NCBI GenBank assembly: GCA_043228905.1
Contig: JBHGNT010000001.1
Location: 28,086,001 to 28,150,000, forward strand
From: Azolla caroliniana
Lineage: Eukaryota > Plantae > Polypodiophyta
DNA: 64,000 bases
Direction: 5' to 3'
The stretch's first letter is position 1. The number at the start of each line of letters is the position of its first letter. The translations under genes were made by a program, and so were the position numbers. Shown here one piece after another: positions 52,281-64,000 of the stretch. The notes beneath the pieces are model-generated. The model saw nothing but the letters and a program-made list of their open reading frames with translations. It did no database searches and was not told where the DNA came from.

Positions 52281-53127
52281 AAGGTTAAGTTGTCTCATCA
52301 TCCCAAACACTTTTCTTATAGGTAATAGTAAAATTATTGTTTAGAGTTTTTGCAACAAAACTACATCCCATTGTTCAAGGTTAAGTTATCTCATCATCCT
52401 ATACACTTTTCTTATAGGTAATAGTAAATTTATTGTTTAGAGTTTTTGACATATGCTCGTGGTCAATGGTTGATTCCTTCATTTTGTCAAGGCTTTTAAT
52501 ATGTCATTGTCCATGGATTTTGGTGGGATAACTCCACATGGTGGAAATACAGATTCCTTTTAAATAAATAAATAAAGATTCCCCTTGGTATTAATGGAAA
52601 GATGCCCAAAGGCTACAATGAATTCATACAACAGATTATAATTCTCATACCCACATTAACCAACATGTCGAGTATCAAAAGCCCTTATGTAGGGTGGGGG
52701 GCAAAAAAAGCCATCTTGGTGGAGCATATCTCCATTTTATTCTCTCTCCAAAAGAGGTGAAGACCTCTGCCTTTTTCCAAATTTCTCGAAATTGTTGTTT
52801 ATGAACCACAACATCAGGCTCACTAGTTATTGCCTCATATTGACCTCTTAGAGTATGTAAAAGCATTAATCCTATCTCCTTGACTAACTCAACCGCATTC
52901 TGTTTGACTTTTTGAAATACACATTTACATCTAGCCTTCCACAATACCCAAACTACTAAAGAAGATATCGTAGACCAGACCTTTCCCTCTTCCAAGAAAT
53001 GGATTGTTGTAGTATAAGAGACCTCCAATACATGTCTTCCATTCTTTACTTAGATCTAGGTTCCTTTACTTCCCCAAATGCTAAGACAAGAGAAGTGTTT
53101 AGGATGATGAGATAACTTAACCTTGAG
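52281..53127. repeat. ~70-bp direct repeat (52281-52350, 52377-52447) with a ~38-bp inverted copy at 53090-53127
   Basis: aaggttaagtt.tctcatcatcc..acactt occurs twice forward and once as reverse complement. Confidence 0.8.
52560..53060 (-). mobile_element. 5'-truncated L1 3' fragment (L1-F)
   Basis: ORF 52675-53028 has VWVLWKARCKCVF..LRGQYEAI..KWRYAPPRWLF, homologous to the other ORF2 C-termini in the window. Possible degenerate TSD ag.ttccttt. Confidence 0.8.
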
Positions 53128-53538
53128 CAAAAAGTTTTACTATTAACCCATACATTGCTTACCATATGTTGCTTTCCTTCCCCATGGAGCATTTGAGCAT
53201 TTTTATCTATTTTCTAGATTTCAATACATGGGTTTGGATAGGTTTCTAGATGAGACGATAATTGCTCATCTTTCATGCCACTTGGCTCAATCTTCTAACC
53301 TCCCTCCAATATTCTATCTATTATCAACGATCTCCATTGGGAACCCTTGCTATTTTTTCTTTTACATTGCTTCCCTTTGCATTCAATTGTTGTTTGTGTC
53401 CCTAACTCATATTGCTTGGGAATTTGAACTATTCTTCGATCTTGAGGAACTACCTAGACCATTGGAAGTAAGTTGGCATCTATTTATCGATCCATTTTCT
53501 TCTTCTTCTTCTTCTTCTATAGGTTGTCTAGGACCAGG

Positions 53539-53881
53539 TATTCTTGACCACATCTTGGATAAGTGACTTCTAGTAGCAACCTTGAGATTGATGGTCTATA
53601 AACGTCGTGGGTTATATGTTTGAAGTACGAGATTGATGGTCTATGACCATGTATTCTTGACCACATCTTGGACAAGTAACTTCTAGTAGCAACCTTGAGA
53701 TTGATGGTCTATAAATGTCGTGGGTTATATGTTTGAAGTACGAGATTGATGGTCTATGAACGTCATTGGTTATATGTTCTTGACCACATCTTGGACAAGT
53801 GATTTCTAGTAGCAACCTTGAGATTGATGGTCTATGAACATCGTGGGTTATAAGTACATATATGTTTGAAGGATGGTCTAT
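53539..53881. repeat. Three-copy 105-125 bp tandem repeat with internal gagattgatggtctat subrepeat
   Basis: ttcttgaccacatcttgga.aagt.a.ttctagtagcaaccttgagattgatggtctat starts at about 53541, 53654 and 53777. Confidence 0.9.
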
Positions 53882-55181
53882 TAACATTATGGTTAATTAA
53901 TGACTTGATCACCATATTTAGGCTTCGATAGTTAAAACATTTATATCTAGCCAACTAGGTGGCTCTTTTAAACCAGACTTAGTTTCTTACTATTTGCATG
54001 GCATCACAAAGACATGGATAGGGTAATTACCCACTTATGACACATAGATGGGGATAAGGTTAACATCAACTTATGAGAGAACACTTCATCCTATTTTGCT
54101 CAACCACAATCACCTTTTGATTCTTCATATTGGTATGATGACTTCAACTCATGAACTTGAGCCGCAACTCTATGATTACACTCCGGCTTAGGTAGGCATT
54201 TGTGTGTGGGAATGGGGTTATTGGGGGAGAATGGTTTGCAATGATGTCCTAATTGCCCTTGGTGGTTCCTTGCTCAAACCAACTAGTTGATGCTCTCTAA
54301 CAATTATCCAAGCATTGTGATAAAAGCCTTGCACCACTTGTGGCATTGCGGTTGTCACTAGTTCATGTATGGGCACCCATAGGCCATTTCATGGCCTTCG
54401 CACATTGAACTTAATATCATATAGGTCTCTCTATGCTTTGGGTTAGTGTTCATGGGCTTTTTTTCCAACATTTTATACATTGGTTTGCAATTGTTACGCA
54501 AGTTGTTGGTACATCTTATGTAATCACACATAATCTTGTTTGCCTCTTGCTTTAACAAGAATAATGGTCTATTAGATTCCACCTATGTTGAAAAGTTGGT
54601 TGTGAATTCAACCTAGCGTAACAAAATTCATTTTATTTTAGCTTCATCAATGAGTGTTCAAAATTGCTTTTTATTATGTTATCGATTGTTAGCCCAAAAA
54701 ACATTGCATTATGTCAATGAGGGGCTTGTAAGCTAAGGGGATTCTCTTGAAATGCTCTACATGATCATATGCATCTTCATAACTCCAAACTTTAGGACCA
54801 TCTTACTTTGTGTCCAATTCTTGTTATCATTTGTTTGTCTAAAATGTGGTGTTGTCGTTTTTCTACCCTATGATATATGAAAGCTAATGCTTTAATTAAA
54901 CTCAGAGTTGTTGCTATTTTTGGGTTTGTCGCCAATGCCTTTTATGTGTTATATGTTCGCATAAGTCTAGTGTTCACACCAAGGGTTTGTCTCATTTTCT
55001 TGATTTGTGGGTGGTAGAGGATTCTTATATTGAAAGTCTATTTTTTTCACTAACAAGAATGTATTTCCTCCCTTTACATTCCCTTATGGAGGTTTCTTTC
55101 GGCCCCAAATGTTTGTTTGTCTTTGCAAACTCTTGTTCCATTAATGCTAGCTTGACTAAAAACATGATTTGCACTAACATC

Positions 55182-55470
55182 TTTTTTTCTTTTTCTTTTT
55201 TCCCAAAAAAGAATATCCTTCCATTAGATAAGAAAACCAAGTTTGCTACAACATACAAAGTATGTGGAAAGAAAGCCAAGATACTTCCTAAAGCCCTCTA
55301 GTAAAATTCAATGGGCAACCATAGATCTTTCCCTAAAGAGGCTAAGGAGATGGATCTATATACATCCCAACTTACAACGAAGAACAACCAACAAAGGGGG
55401 GGGAACTGCTAGATCATCTTACAATCTATTCATCGAAAAACTAGAATATAACGTCAAAGCTTCTAAAAAG
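55182..55470 (-). mobile_element. L1 3' UTR-only fragment (L1-G)
   Basis: Minus strand ends ctaatggaaggatattc-T6-GGG-A-rich tail (55182-55228). Short similarity to the L1-E 3' UTR (tatatagatc..ctc..tag). Right boundary approximate. Confidence 0.6.
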
Positions 55471-57215
55471 AAATTTGTAATAACAATGTAGAATCCATAT
55501 GTGTAGCAATACTATCATATTTGTCTTTTATCCAAATCAGCGAAATGCCCATGCTTTGTATTTGTTCAAATGAATCGAGTGCTTTGTGACCCTGTCCATG
55601 TTGTCCAACACTTCCTTGGCTCAATGATAGTTTTTACTTTCCAACGACATGATCTCAAATCTTGATCTAGTAGGCAATTATGACTTAGTTCAATCTCTTC
55701 CTTATGGTATGAGTTCTAGCAATAGGTTTTGCCTACATTGTCCAAAGTTGTTTGGGTTCTTTTCTTCACTACCATGCTTGGTGTAGTGGTGGTAGATGAC
55801 TTCCTTTATCTTTGTCTTTCTGACGCCAATTCCCATTTGATTCCTAACTTTTAGCTCTATGCCTCTAATACTTACTCTATTCTACGCATCTACACCTCAC
55901 AAGATATTTTCTTTGTGGTGTCCTTGGGAAAAGGTATAGGTTGTCAATTAAGACCTTAACTTATCTATATTGGCTTAAGGTTATTTTGTGTGATTGGGAA
56001 ACGTTGTATGGGCTTGTTATTTGTGCATGACTAACTTTGTGTCTAAAAAGTCTATTGTGAGTTTTGTTGGGTTTGCAAAGTCTAACGTGACATAGGATTC
56101 TATCGAGAGTTAATTTGCTATGCATTCAAAAGTGAATCCTTTGTTTTGCAGAGTTGGAAGAAGGTTCTCATGATTTCATCTCTCATTCATGAGTCATGGG
56201 AATTCTTCTTCATTACTTCAACAATGCTTCGTAAGTTTCTTGTTCACTCTTTCTTTCTTTTGTGGAGCTATAAGAACATTGTCATGACTTAATCTCTCAT
56301 TCATAGTTTTCCTAATTATCATTTGTGAGTTGCAAGAATTTCTCTAACAAACTACTTTATCATGCCTTGTAACTTCACAAGTTACGCCATTTCATGCAAC
56401 TTAAGGGCTTTTTGTGGCTCGACTCCTCTCCTCTATTCCATAGTTACTTTTTCAATCTTTCATGAATTTACATGCTTCTCATTTAATACTTTTAAGAGCC
56501 TTTTGCTACTTCTTTCATTCAAGATTCACTTAATATCTTTCAAACTTCTCTTGCTTCTGCCTTGCATAGTTAGCCTTCTTGTTGGTGCCTATTTAATGGG
56601 TTACATTAGTAAACATGTCCTAATAAATATATAAAAGAACCTTTGCATCTAGTCAAGTCTAGTTTGGATAAGTCATTTCAAAGTGCTATTCTCTATTATA
56701 GCTTTTATTCATTTATAAATATAGGTGTCTGTATAGTTCATTACACTGTCAGCCCCCATTTGTTGTCATAGAGCTCCCGATGTATCAAGAAAGCATTGCA
56801 TTGACCCTTATCCATATTGACAAATATAGGCGTACTGTTTCCATGCAAGAAGTGATCATGACTCATGTTTCTATTCTCGTCATTCAAAGATTCTCTTACA
56901 AGCGATTCCATCATAATGGTCAGTTAGGACTACTTTTACCACGAGTATATATCAAGGGAAAATACTTCATGATAGAAATCAAATTAGTGCAACCTTCCTT
57001 GAACTGAAAAAGAGCAAACAAGGAAAATAACACACTTATATTAAATAGAACCAGTAAGCCTCAAGATTAATCATGAAAGTTTACATATAAATCAACAAAA
57101 GACAGAACTCATCTCAAAATTGATCTGGCCACTTCGAACCAGGAGAGAGAAGCTATGATATTGTATTAAAAAAATGATAATATGGTTGGCTTCAAGGAAT
57201 GACCTTTTAGACTCA

Positions 57216-60200
57216 TCAAGCAGCTTCTTTACGCTTCTTACGTGTTTTCACCTTTGTACGATGATTTTGATCTGGCCTTTCTTCAAGCTTTCTACTTAAT
57301 TTTTCTCTAATGGATAAAACCTTCTCGTTCGCATCCTTAAAAGTTGCATCCGAACGAGTAGACAGCAAGTCCTAAAACCAAAGCAAACTCAATAGCTTTT
57401 AATTTTTAGGAAATTTACTAATAATACTGCCTTGTTTATGAAAATTCCCACCACAGCACACACATCAAGAGAGTATTTTAGAACCTTTTATAATATGATG
57501 ATATTTTGGGGGCAAAATTTGCGAGTAAATTTGAAATGACTCTACTGAGTGATACACAGCATGAACAAATACAAATTCCACACAAAATAGAAAGTTTAGA
57601 AAGTTACCTGCAAATGGCTGATAGCAGCCATGTTGAATCCCAACGTATCTTTGAGTTTCTGCAGACAATCAAAATAGAAATAAGGGACGAATAAAACAAT
57701 CATGCTAAAGTATTTTCTATGAGCTATGTAATATCCCAATGTACATTTTAATTTCAGTATAAAACCAAATGAAAAGAAGAAGGATGCAAAAAACAAATTA
57801 TGATGACATTTATCACCGCATTTTAAAAGACAAACAAACAACCATTAGATGGTTACTTAATTTGAGGTATCTAAATCCATTTCCATTTTCACACATCAGG
57901 GTAATGCTTTATAAATTCTTGTACCAAATCCGCTACAGATCGAACACTAACCACGGTCAACCCCCAGAGGTAACAAATTGACCACGTAATTTCAATGGGG
58001 TGTGACCAAAGGTATTTGAGCATGTAATAAAAACTTGGGGGAATTTGGGGAAATAAAGAAAAACGAAGTGGTCTGCAGAGTCTCTCCCAAAACACTGCCC
58101 TGATAAACAATTAAGACGCATAATTCTCCAACACTCGTAAAAACTGTTTGAGAGCTAACCTTCACTCCAGCTTGAAGAACCTCGCGTAAAGACATCAAAA
58201 TTGGTCTAGATGCTAGTGTTGAGACCAATTGAGAATGGTGATACTGCAGTAACAGCGTAGCAACTCTACATATAAGCTCTACCTGCATATAATCAAAAGG
58301 TGACAAGAATGCAATATATATGTATATATGGGAAGATTTGATATTTCTTAAAAACACAAGTAACCTGGCTTCCTTCTTGTAACCACTCTTTTAGGTAGGT
58401 CATAAGCTTCAATCCATCTGTGAATGGCAATGCCTATACTCAAAAATATAAACGTTCAATAGTAGATGTCATTAAAAAAAATCATCAGGACTTGCTTGTA
58501 CGCTCAAAAAACAGGTTTGTTCAACAACAAATTTAAGTACATAAACAAAACAAATGTCAACTATAATTGTTTAAACAATCACCAGCAATGCCTGCTCAAG
58601 ATCACTTGATCGCACTCTAGAAACAGCTCGTAAAACATATGCTGATGGTGATAGTCCTAAGAGTAGTACATTTGGCTGGAAGACTGATTTATCTTTGTTA
58701 GCCTGGTTACAAAAAACCAGAAATTCCATACATAAACTTCATAACCACAAAGTGGGCTGCACTAGAACAATATTATTTTGTAAAAGGATTGAAGTGGACT
58801 GATTATGAGAACAAACCTCATGAAATTTAATACGTTCAAACTCAGTATCAGCCAAGTCTAATGCCTCAATAATTGTGTCCGCGGCAGTAAAAGATTCTTG
58901 TGTTTGCTTTCCTGCAAGTGCAACAGCACCATCATCTGGGATCCCACCATTTGGCAACTGACTTGCATCAACACCATTTTCTTGTCCTGCATCAAATAAA
59001 GCTTCCAGCCTCTTTTCTCTTTCTTCCTAGAATTCAAAATTTTCAAATGCTTAGACACTGTCAGAAAACATAACATACAGAATTTGTATCCGCCGAAAAT
59101 AACATTAAACAATTAATTTTCACAACTCTCTTCATAGTATCATACTTCTCTATTATAAAGATAATCCACAGAATTAAGAATTCTGTCCTTGATAATAACA
59201 CTCACTACAAATTATACTTTAAGAAGAAACTAAAAAATAGCAGAGTTGTTTTATTTTCCTAAATTCCCCTATGTTTCCATTTAATTCCCCACTTGCCCCT
59301 GATCATCCAAAAAAGAAAGGAACGATGAAACTCGTGGGCATTTGGAGAAATAAAGCAAAAACTCAGGGGTAGTTTAGTTTCTTCCTATAATTTATACCTC
59401 AATAAAAAAGGGTTCTTCGGTGCGCTCCCATCGTCGGATTGACCGATCATGTGACCCGGTAACTAAAAAGTCACCAAGACTGCTGATAGCCAAACACCAT
59501 ACCTCAGCATGATGACCTTCTAAGGTAAGCAAGAGCTCAAACTTATCTGCATCCCAATACTTGATGATTCGATCTTTTCCAACACTGAAGAAATAATGGG
59601 TGTTCCTAACAAACTGCACTGCCATGACACTGGAAAACACAAAATCAAATAATAACAAGATAATGGACTGAAAAAACTTATGTTTCTGATAAAGCGTGTG
59701 AATAAAGAAGCAGAACCTATCAGCGTGTGCAAACAAAGAGCGATGACAATCTCCAAAATCTAATCCCCATATCTTCAAATTTTTATCTGCTGAACCGCTG
59801 ACTAGTAGTGCAGCATCGGAGGAAATATCCATACATAACACAGGTAGCTTATGACCATATAGAGACAAAAAGAACTTCAAAGTATCTGCAAAGAAGACCT
59901 GCCAATTTCGACTGTGTTTCATAATCACTTACGAGTCCATGAAAAAAACATCACAATTCGTAAAGAGATCAACTGCAAAAAATAAATTATCCACAAAAAC
60001 CTTAATGGTGGAATCCAATAGTGCAATGGAAATGTATTTGGCATCAGGACTGAAGCGCAATGAAAGAACATCTTCAGCCATCTTCAAAGTACGGGCATTG
60101 GAGATGGATAATTGCTTCGTTGCCTTGATTGAGAAACAGAGTGATTCTCAAAATCCAACCAAATGATAAAAATTTAAAAGCATTTTAACACAAGAACAAG

Positions 60201-63200
60201 GAAAAGACATAAGGCATACACACATGGCATGAATCTTGAACAAGTTCATAATCCCAGAATTTGACATCATGATCTGCACTTCCACTGATAAACCCTTGGC
60301 CATTAGGCATACTAGCTATTGACCAAATGGCACCTCCATGAGCTTCTATCACTTTCACACGCTCACTAGCACCAATATCAAATATCTCAATCGTTCCTGT
60401 TTTTGTGCCAACAATAGCATAGCGATTTCCAGGAACAAAAAGACCAGTTAATCCATACCCTGCCTCCATGGTGCGAAGACACGTGCCATTGATAGGGTTC
60501 CATATTTTGACAGCATTATGACTTGTTGACATAAGCAGGGTATTATCTGAACTTAATGTTAAACTTCTAACATCAGATCGATGTCCAGGTAAGTCTATTG
60601 TGTGAACTATAGAGTGGGTATCCTCAGTAAGCTCATATACTTCAAGTGAATTGTTGTGCAAAGCCAATGCAAGAGTTGCAAGATGATTCTTTTTTGTAGA
60701 ATGTGAGAAAGAAAATGATCGTATTTTCTGTTTGAGACGCATCACATGTAGCAGCTTAAACCTATCTGATATGGATGGTTCTTCAATGTCTCCTTCTATT
60801 TCCCTAGATATATCATCTTTTAATTTGGTAGATCCAAGACCGGTAATTTTAGCTGAAGTCTTCTCTCGCTTTCGGCGCCATCGTCTCTTTGCTTGCTTCA
60901 GAGTTTCTTCTTCATTTCTTACCTTATAGATTTCCACTAATTTCCCAGCCACTTGACAACCCATGAGAGATCCAGAACCATTAAATCGAACTGTAACTAC
61001 ACGATCTGAGTTTTGTCGCTTCAAATCACCAAGATGCTTTAATACATCTGAAGCAATCTTCTTCTCTGTTCCAATTTCAAACTCTTGACATACAAGATAT
61101 ACCCGAAGCTCCGTATCTGCCGATCCAGTGATAAGAAATCTTTCTGATGGATCTACATCTAAAGACCATATTTCAGTTCTGTGACCAACCACGGTCTGAA
61201 CACAATATTTTGAATCCAGATCCCACACTTTCACAAATGTATCTTTTGAGCAACTCACCAAATGCCTGGTTCTCTCCAAGAAAACTAGATCAGTTACCTG
61301 ATATCATCACATCAAATGATCAGAAAAACACAGAAACTTTCAAGATCTTAAGTTACATTCTAAAAATAGAACGGGAGTTATGTTCTAAAAAAAAGTATTC
61401 TTGATTCAGTACAAAGGTACCTGATCTTTGTGACCACGTAATCTGAACAACCCTGTCTCACCTACTGCATCCCAAATAATGATATCAGTGTCCTTACTTG
61501 CTGATGCAAGTAATGCACCTACTTGATTATAGCGCAAGGCAGTGACTGCTTTTTTATGACCATTTAGAGTAGTTTCACATGTACCATCTATTATATTCCA
61601 TATTCTGATAGAGCCATCACTGTAACCTGTTGAGACCTACGAAACAATGTCTATGATATGAAATCTGAATTGAAAGTGAGTGGTAGTACCCCTTGTAGAA
61701 AACGCATATGATGAAGAATTGAATATATAATTAAACTGTATGCTCATCATTGACAACCTTGATGTATTCTACTGCAATCTTTGTAAAACAGAAGTTGAAC
61801 GTGGGCTTTTGAAACCTATTTACAGCAAGAAAGCATACAAACGAATGTACTCTACTCTGATATTTATGAACTGAAAGTTGTAAGTAGTGCGAATTGCAGA
61901 ATCTAGCCAAATAAAGGCACATTGCTTCTTTACTATATATGAAATGGTACAGATTCTCCCTAATGTTTAAATCACATAAATTCACATATTCAAGCATGGA
62001 AATTGCCGAATTAGATACACAAACACAAGTTCCTACCATATATGAAATGGAACATCCTTGTAGCTCCATACTTAATAAAGGATATGTTCCTCGATATATC
62101 ATTCCCTCAGAATCACACGCTACATAGAGTAAATATTTGAAAACGGAAATTGCGGATGTACATGAATAAAAAAAAACCCTCTATGTATCAACATAGCGTG
62201 GAAATTGCAGAATTGATCACATAAAGACGAAACGTCCTCATATATTATCCCCTCATGCTTAAAGGCACAAAGCGACCTATGATAATGCGAATTGCAGAGC
62301 TAGTTCCATATAAGGACAATTTTCCTTTGTAAGTATAATGGATCAAGCTAATGTATCCTTCGTTTATATACTTAAAATAAAGAAAAAGATATAGTGATAT
62401 ACACAAATGAAATAGAACATCTGTGCACATCATTATCCCATGCATGAGGGTAAATAGAACATCTATAAAACATTCAAATTCCCATATATTGAAAAGAAAC
62501 ATCAACTTAAAAGATAGTCTACATACATACATGAAATAGAATATCCTTATATACATCATGCATTTTATATTTCCTATAAGAAAAAAAGACAATTTATACA
62601 ATAAAGCTTATTGTATAGATGCGGAAACATACGTACATGAGCTTAAACATCTTTACATATCGCATTTTCATGCTTGAGAGAAACGACATTTATCCTCAAA
62701 ATATCATTCTCACAAGCTTCAAAGAGCTTAAACATCTTTACATATCGCATTGTCATGCTTGATAGAAACGACATTTATCCTCAAAATATCATTCTCACAA
62801 GCTTCAAAGAAACAACAAATTTGACGAGTAAATGGAACCAACTTACATCATTTGCACTTTAGGAAAAAAACATAATGGTAGAGGCTACACAACAAAGAAG
62901 TATATGTTCTAAATAACATTCTTATATGTTATACATTCCCACATTTGCCTAAAAGAATTAACGACGAAATTGACAGCATAAAAATATCAATAAATGAAGC
63001 GGTAAATTTATTTACAATTCATTTTCTTGCATGCTTTACAGGAAAAGGCAGCAAATTTGATATTAAAAATGCAGCATACACATGAATGCATGGAATTATC
63101 CCCATGTATCATCCATTCACTCTTACATGTTCTGAAAGAAAAAATGTAACTGTAAAATCTCGCAATAAGACAGAGCATAGATACAAAGAAACGCATATAT

Positions 63201-63462
63201 ACATACATACCAGAGATATGGAAGTAGGCATGCAGGCGATGGAGGTAACTGCAGGTTTCATGCATGCGGAAGATGATGATGAAGAAGAAGGAGCCAGTGC
63301 GTGGAGGCATCGACCTTGCTTGAGGTTCCATACCATGAGATTCTCCAGAGCTCCAGCTAGAAGGAGCTTCGCAGAGCGATCAAAGGAAACATTTGCATCC
63401 GCGGAGACGACGAGTCCGAGAACCGGAGAAGCTTGTTCGTAGCGAAGGTACGCCTTCACCAT
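57216..63462 (-). CDS. UTP12: WD40 SSU-processome protein WDR3/UTP12/DIP2, 935 aa
   Basis: 12 GT-AG exons: 63211-63462, 61421-61636, 60224-61297, 60001-60123, 59717-59898, 59398-59629, 58817-59026, 58583-58702, 58365-58433, 58160-58282, 57608-57658, 57216-57371 (2808 nt). Motifs [59 protein letters not shown] and a basic C-terminus. Confidence 0.95.
62639..62808. repeat. 85-bp tandem duplication in UTP12 intron 1
   Basis: 62639-62723 matches 62724-62808 with 2 mismatches. Confidence 0.92.
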
Positions 63463-63510
63463 CGCTCTCTCTCTCTCTGCTCGCTCTCGCTCCTCCCTCG
63501 CAAACCCTCA

Positions 63511-63696
63511 GGGCTTAGGTATGTATGGGTATGCGTATGTGTCAGTGTATGTATGTGTACATATCCGTGTTATGGTATGGATGTGTAGGTATGTGTATGT
63601 ACAGTATGTGTGCATATGTATGCGTGTTATGGACCATGGTATTGATGTGTGTGTGTTGGTGTGTACATATGTATGTGTGTTATGGTATACCGTGTG

Positions 63697-63758
<62 letters not shown>
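63511..63758. repeat. GT/TA-rich low-complexity tract ending in (GT)30 at 63699-63758, upstream of UTP12
   Basis: Directly visible. Confidence 0.92.
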
Positions 63759-63760
<2 letters not shown>

Positions 63761-64000
63761 CTCATGTCCAACTGCTACCAAATATTAAAGATGGCAAGCG
63801 AGGGAATCGTGGGTAGGGTCGGTGCAAGTCGCTCAGCTGAGGATGCATGCGATCTGCACCGTTCGATGTGGATAAAAAAAACAAGCTTGAAAGTAAAAAA
63901 GTTGGACACCCGACCCGTCAATATTCAAACATGTTGCCCAAATCAGACGCCTGATAGACCCATCAGTTTTCAGACACCCTGTCCAAATTAGACCCCTTGC

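Larger units (their letters stand above)
50900..54600 (-). mobile_element. Possible very old Gypsy-like remnant (integrase/RNaseH traces about 51.2-52.2 kb; Cys/His gag-like trace about 54.3-54.5 kb)
   Basis: Only faint traces such as GN..DAL at about 52075-52095 and SMCEGH...CP at about 54370-54410. No ORF and no LTR pair. Confidence 0.25.

Noticed and set aside
63508-63991. ORFs of 87-156 aa including MASEGIVGRV...
   Set aside because: Mostly (GT)n-derived VC repeats; the remainder has no recognisable motif.

Overview
AT-rich, intron-containing plant nuclear DNA, probably from a seed-free land plant such as a fern (inferred from the gene style and TE families; not provable here). Four spliced genes, all on the minus strand, were reconstructed by hand from GT-AG junctions. 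(1) An LRR-VIII (At1g56130-like) receptor-type gene, 344-8317: its signal peptide and LRR exons are intact, but it appears to stop before a decayed malectin domain. (2) A 14-exon, 664-aa peroxisomal acyl-CoA oxidase of ACX1 type, 25880-31611, ending in SRL, with a tandem duplicate of its PTS1-coding end. (3) A 2-exon At5g65660-like single-TM protein, 47322-48586. (4) A 12-exon WDR3/UTP12/DIP2 gene, 57216-63462. The intergenic space is dominated by retroelements. At 33957-46843 there is a resolvable five-element nest: an old L1 holds two more L1s, and one of those holds a full Ty1/Copia and a solo LTR with a palindromic minisatellite; each element has its own target-site duplication. Further decayed L1, RTE-like and Gypsy-like pieces are scattered elsewhere. 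The most distinctive unexplained signal is a conserved 3'-terminal motif, CTAATG-N(7-9)-T(6-9)-G(2-6)-polyA, shared by six L1 ends whose 3' UTRs mostly do not otherwise align. No rRNA, tRNA or CRISPR array is supported.
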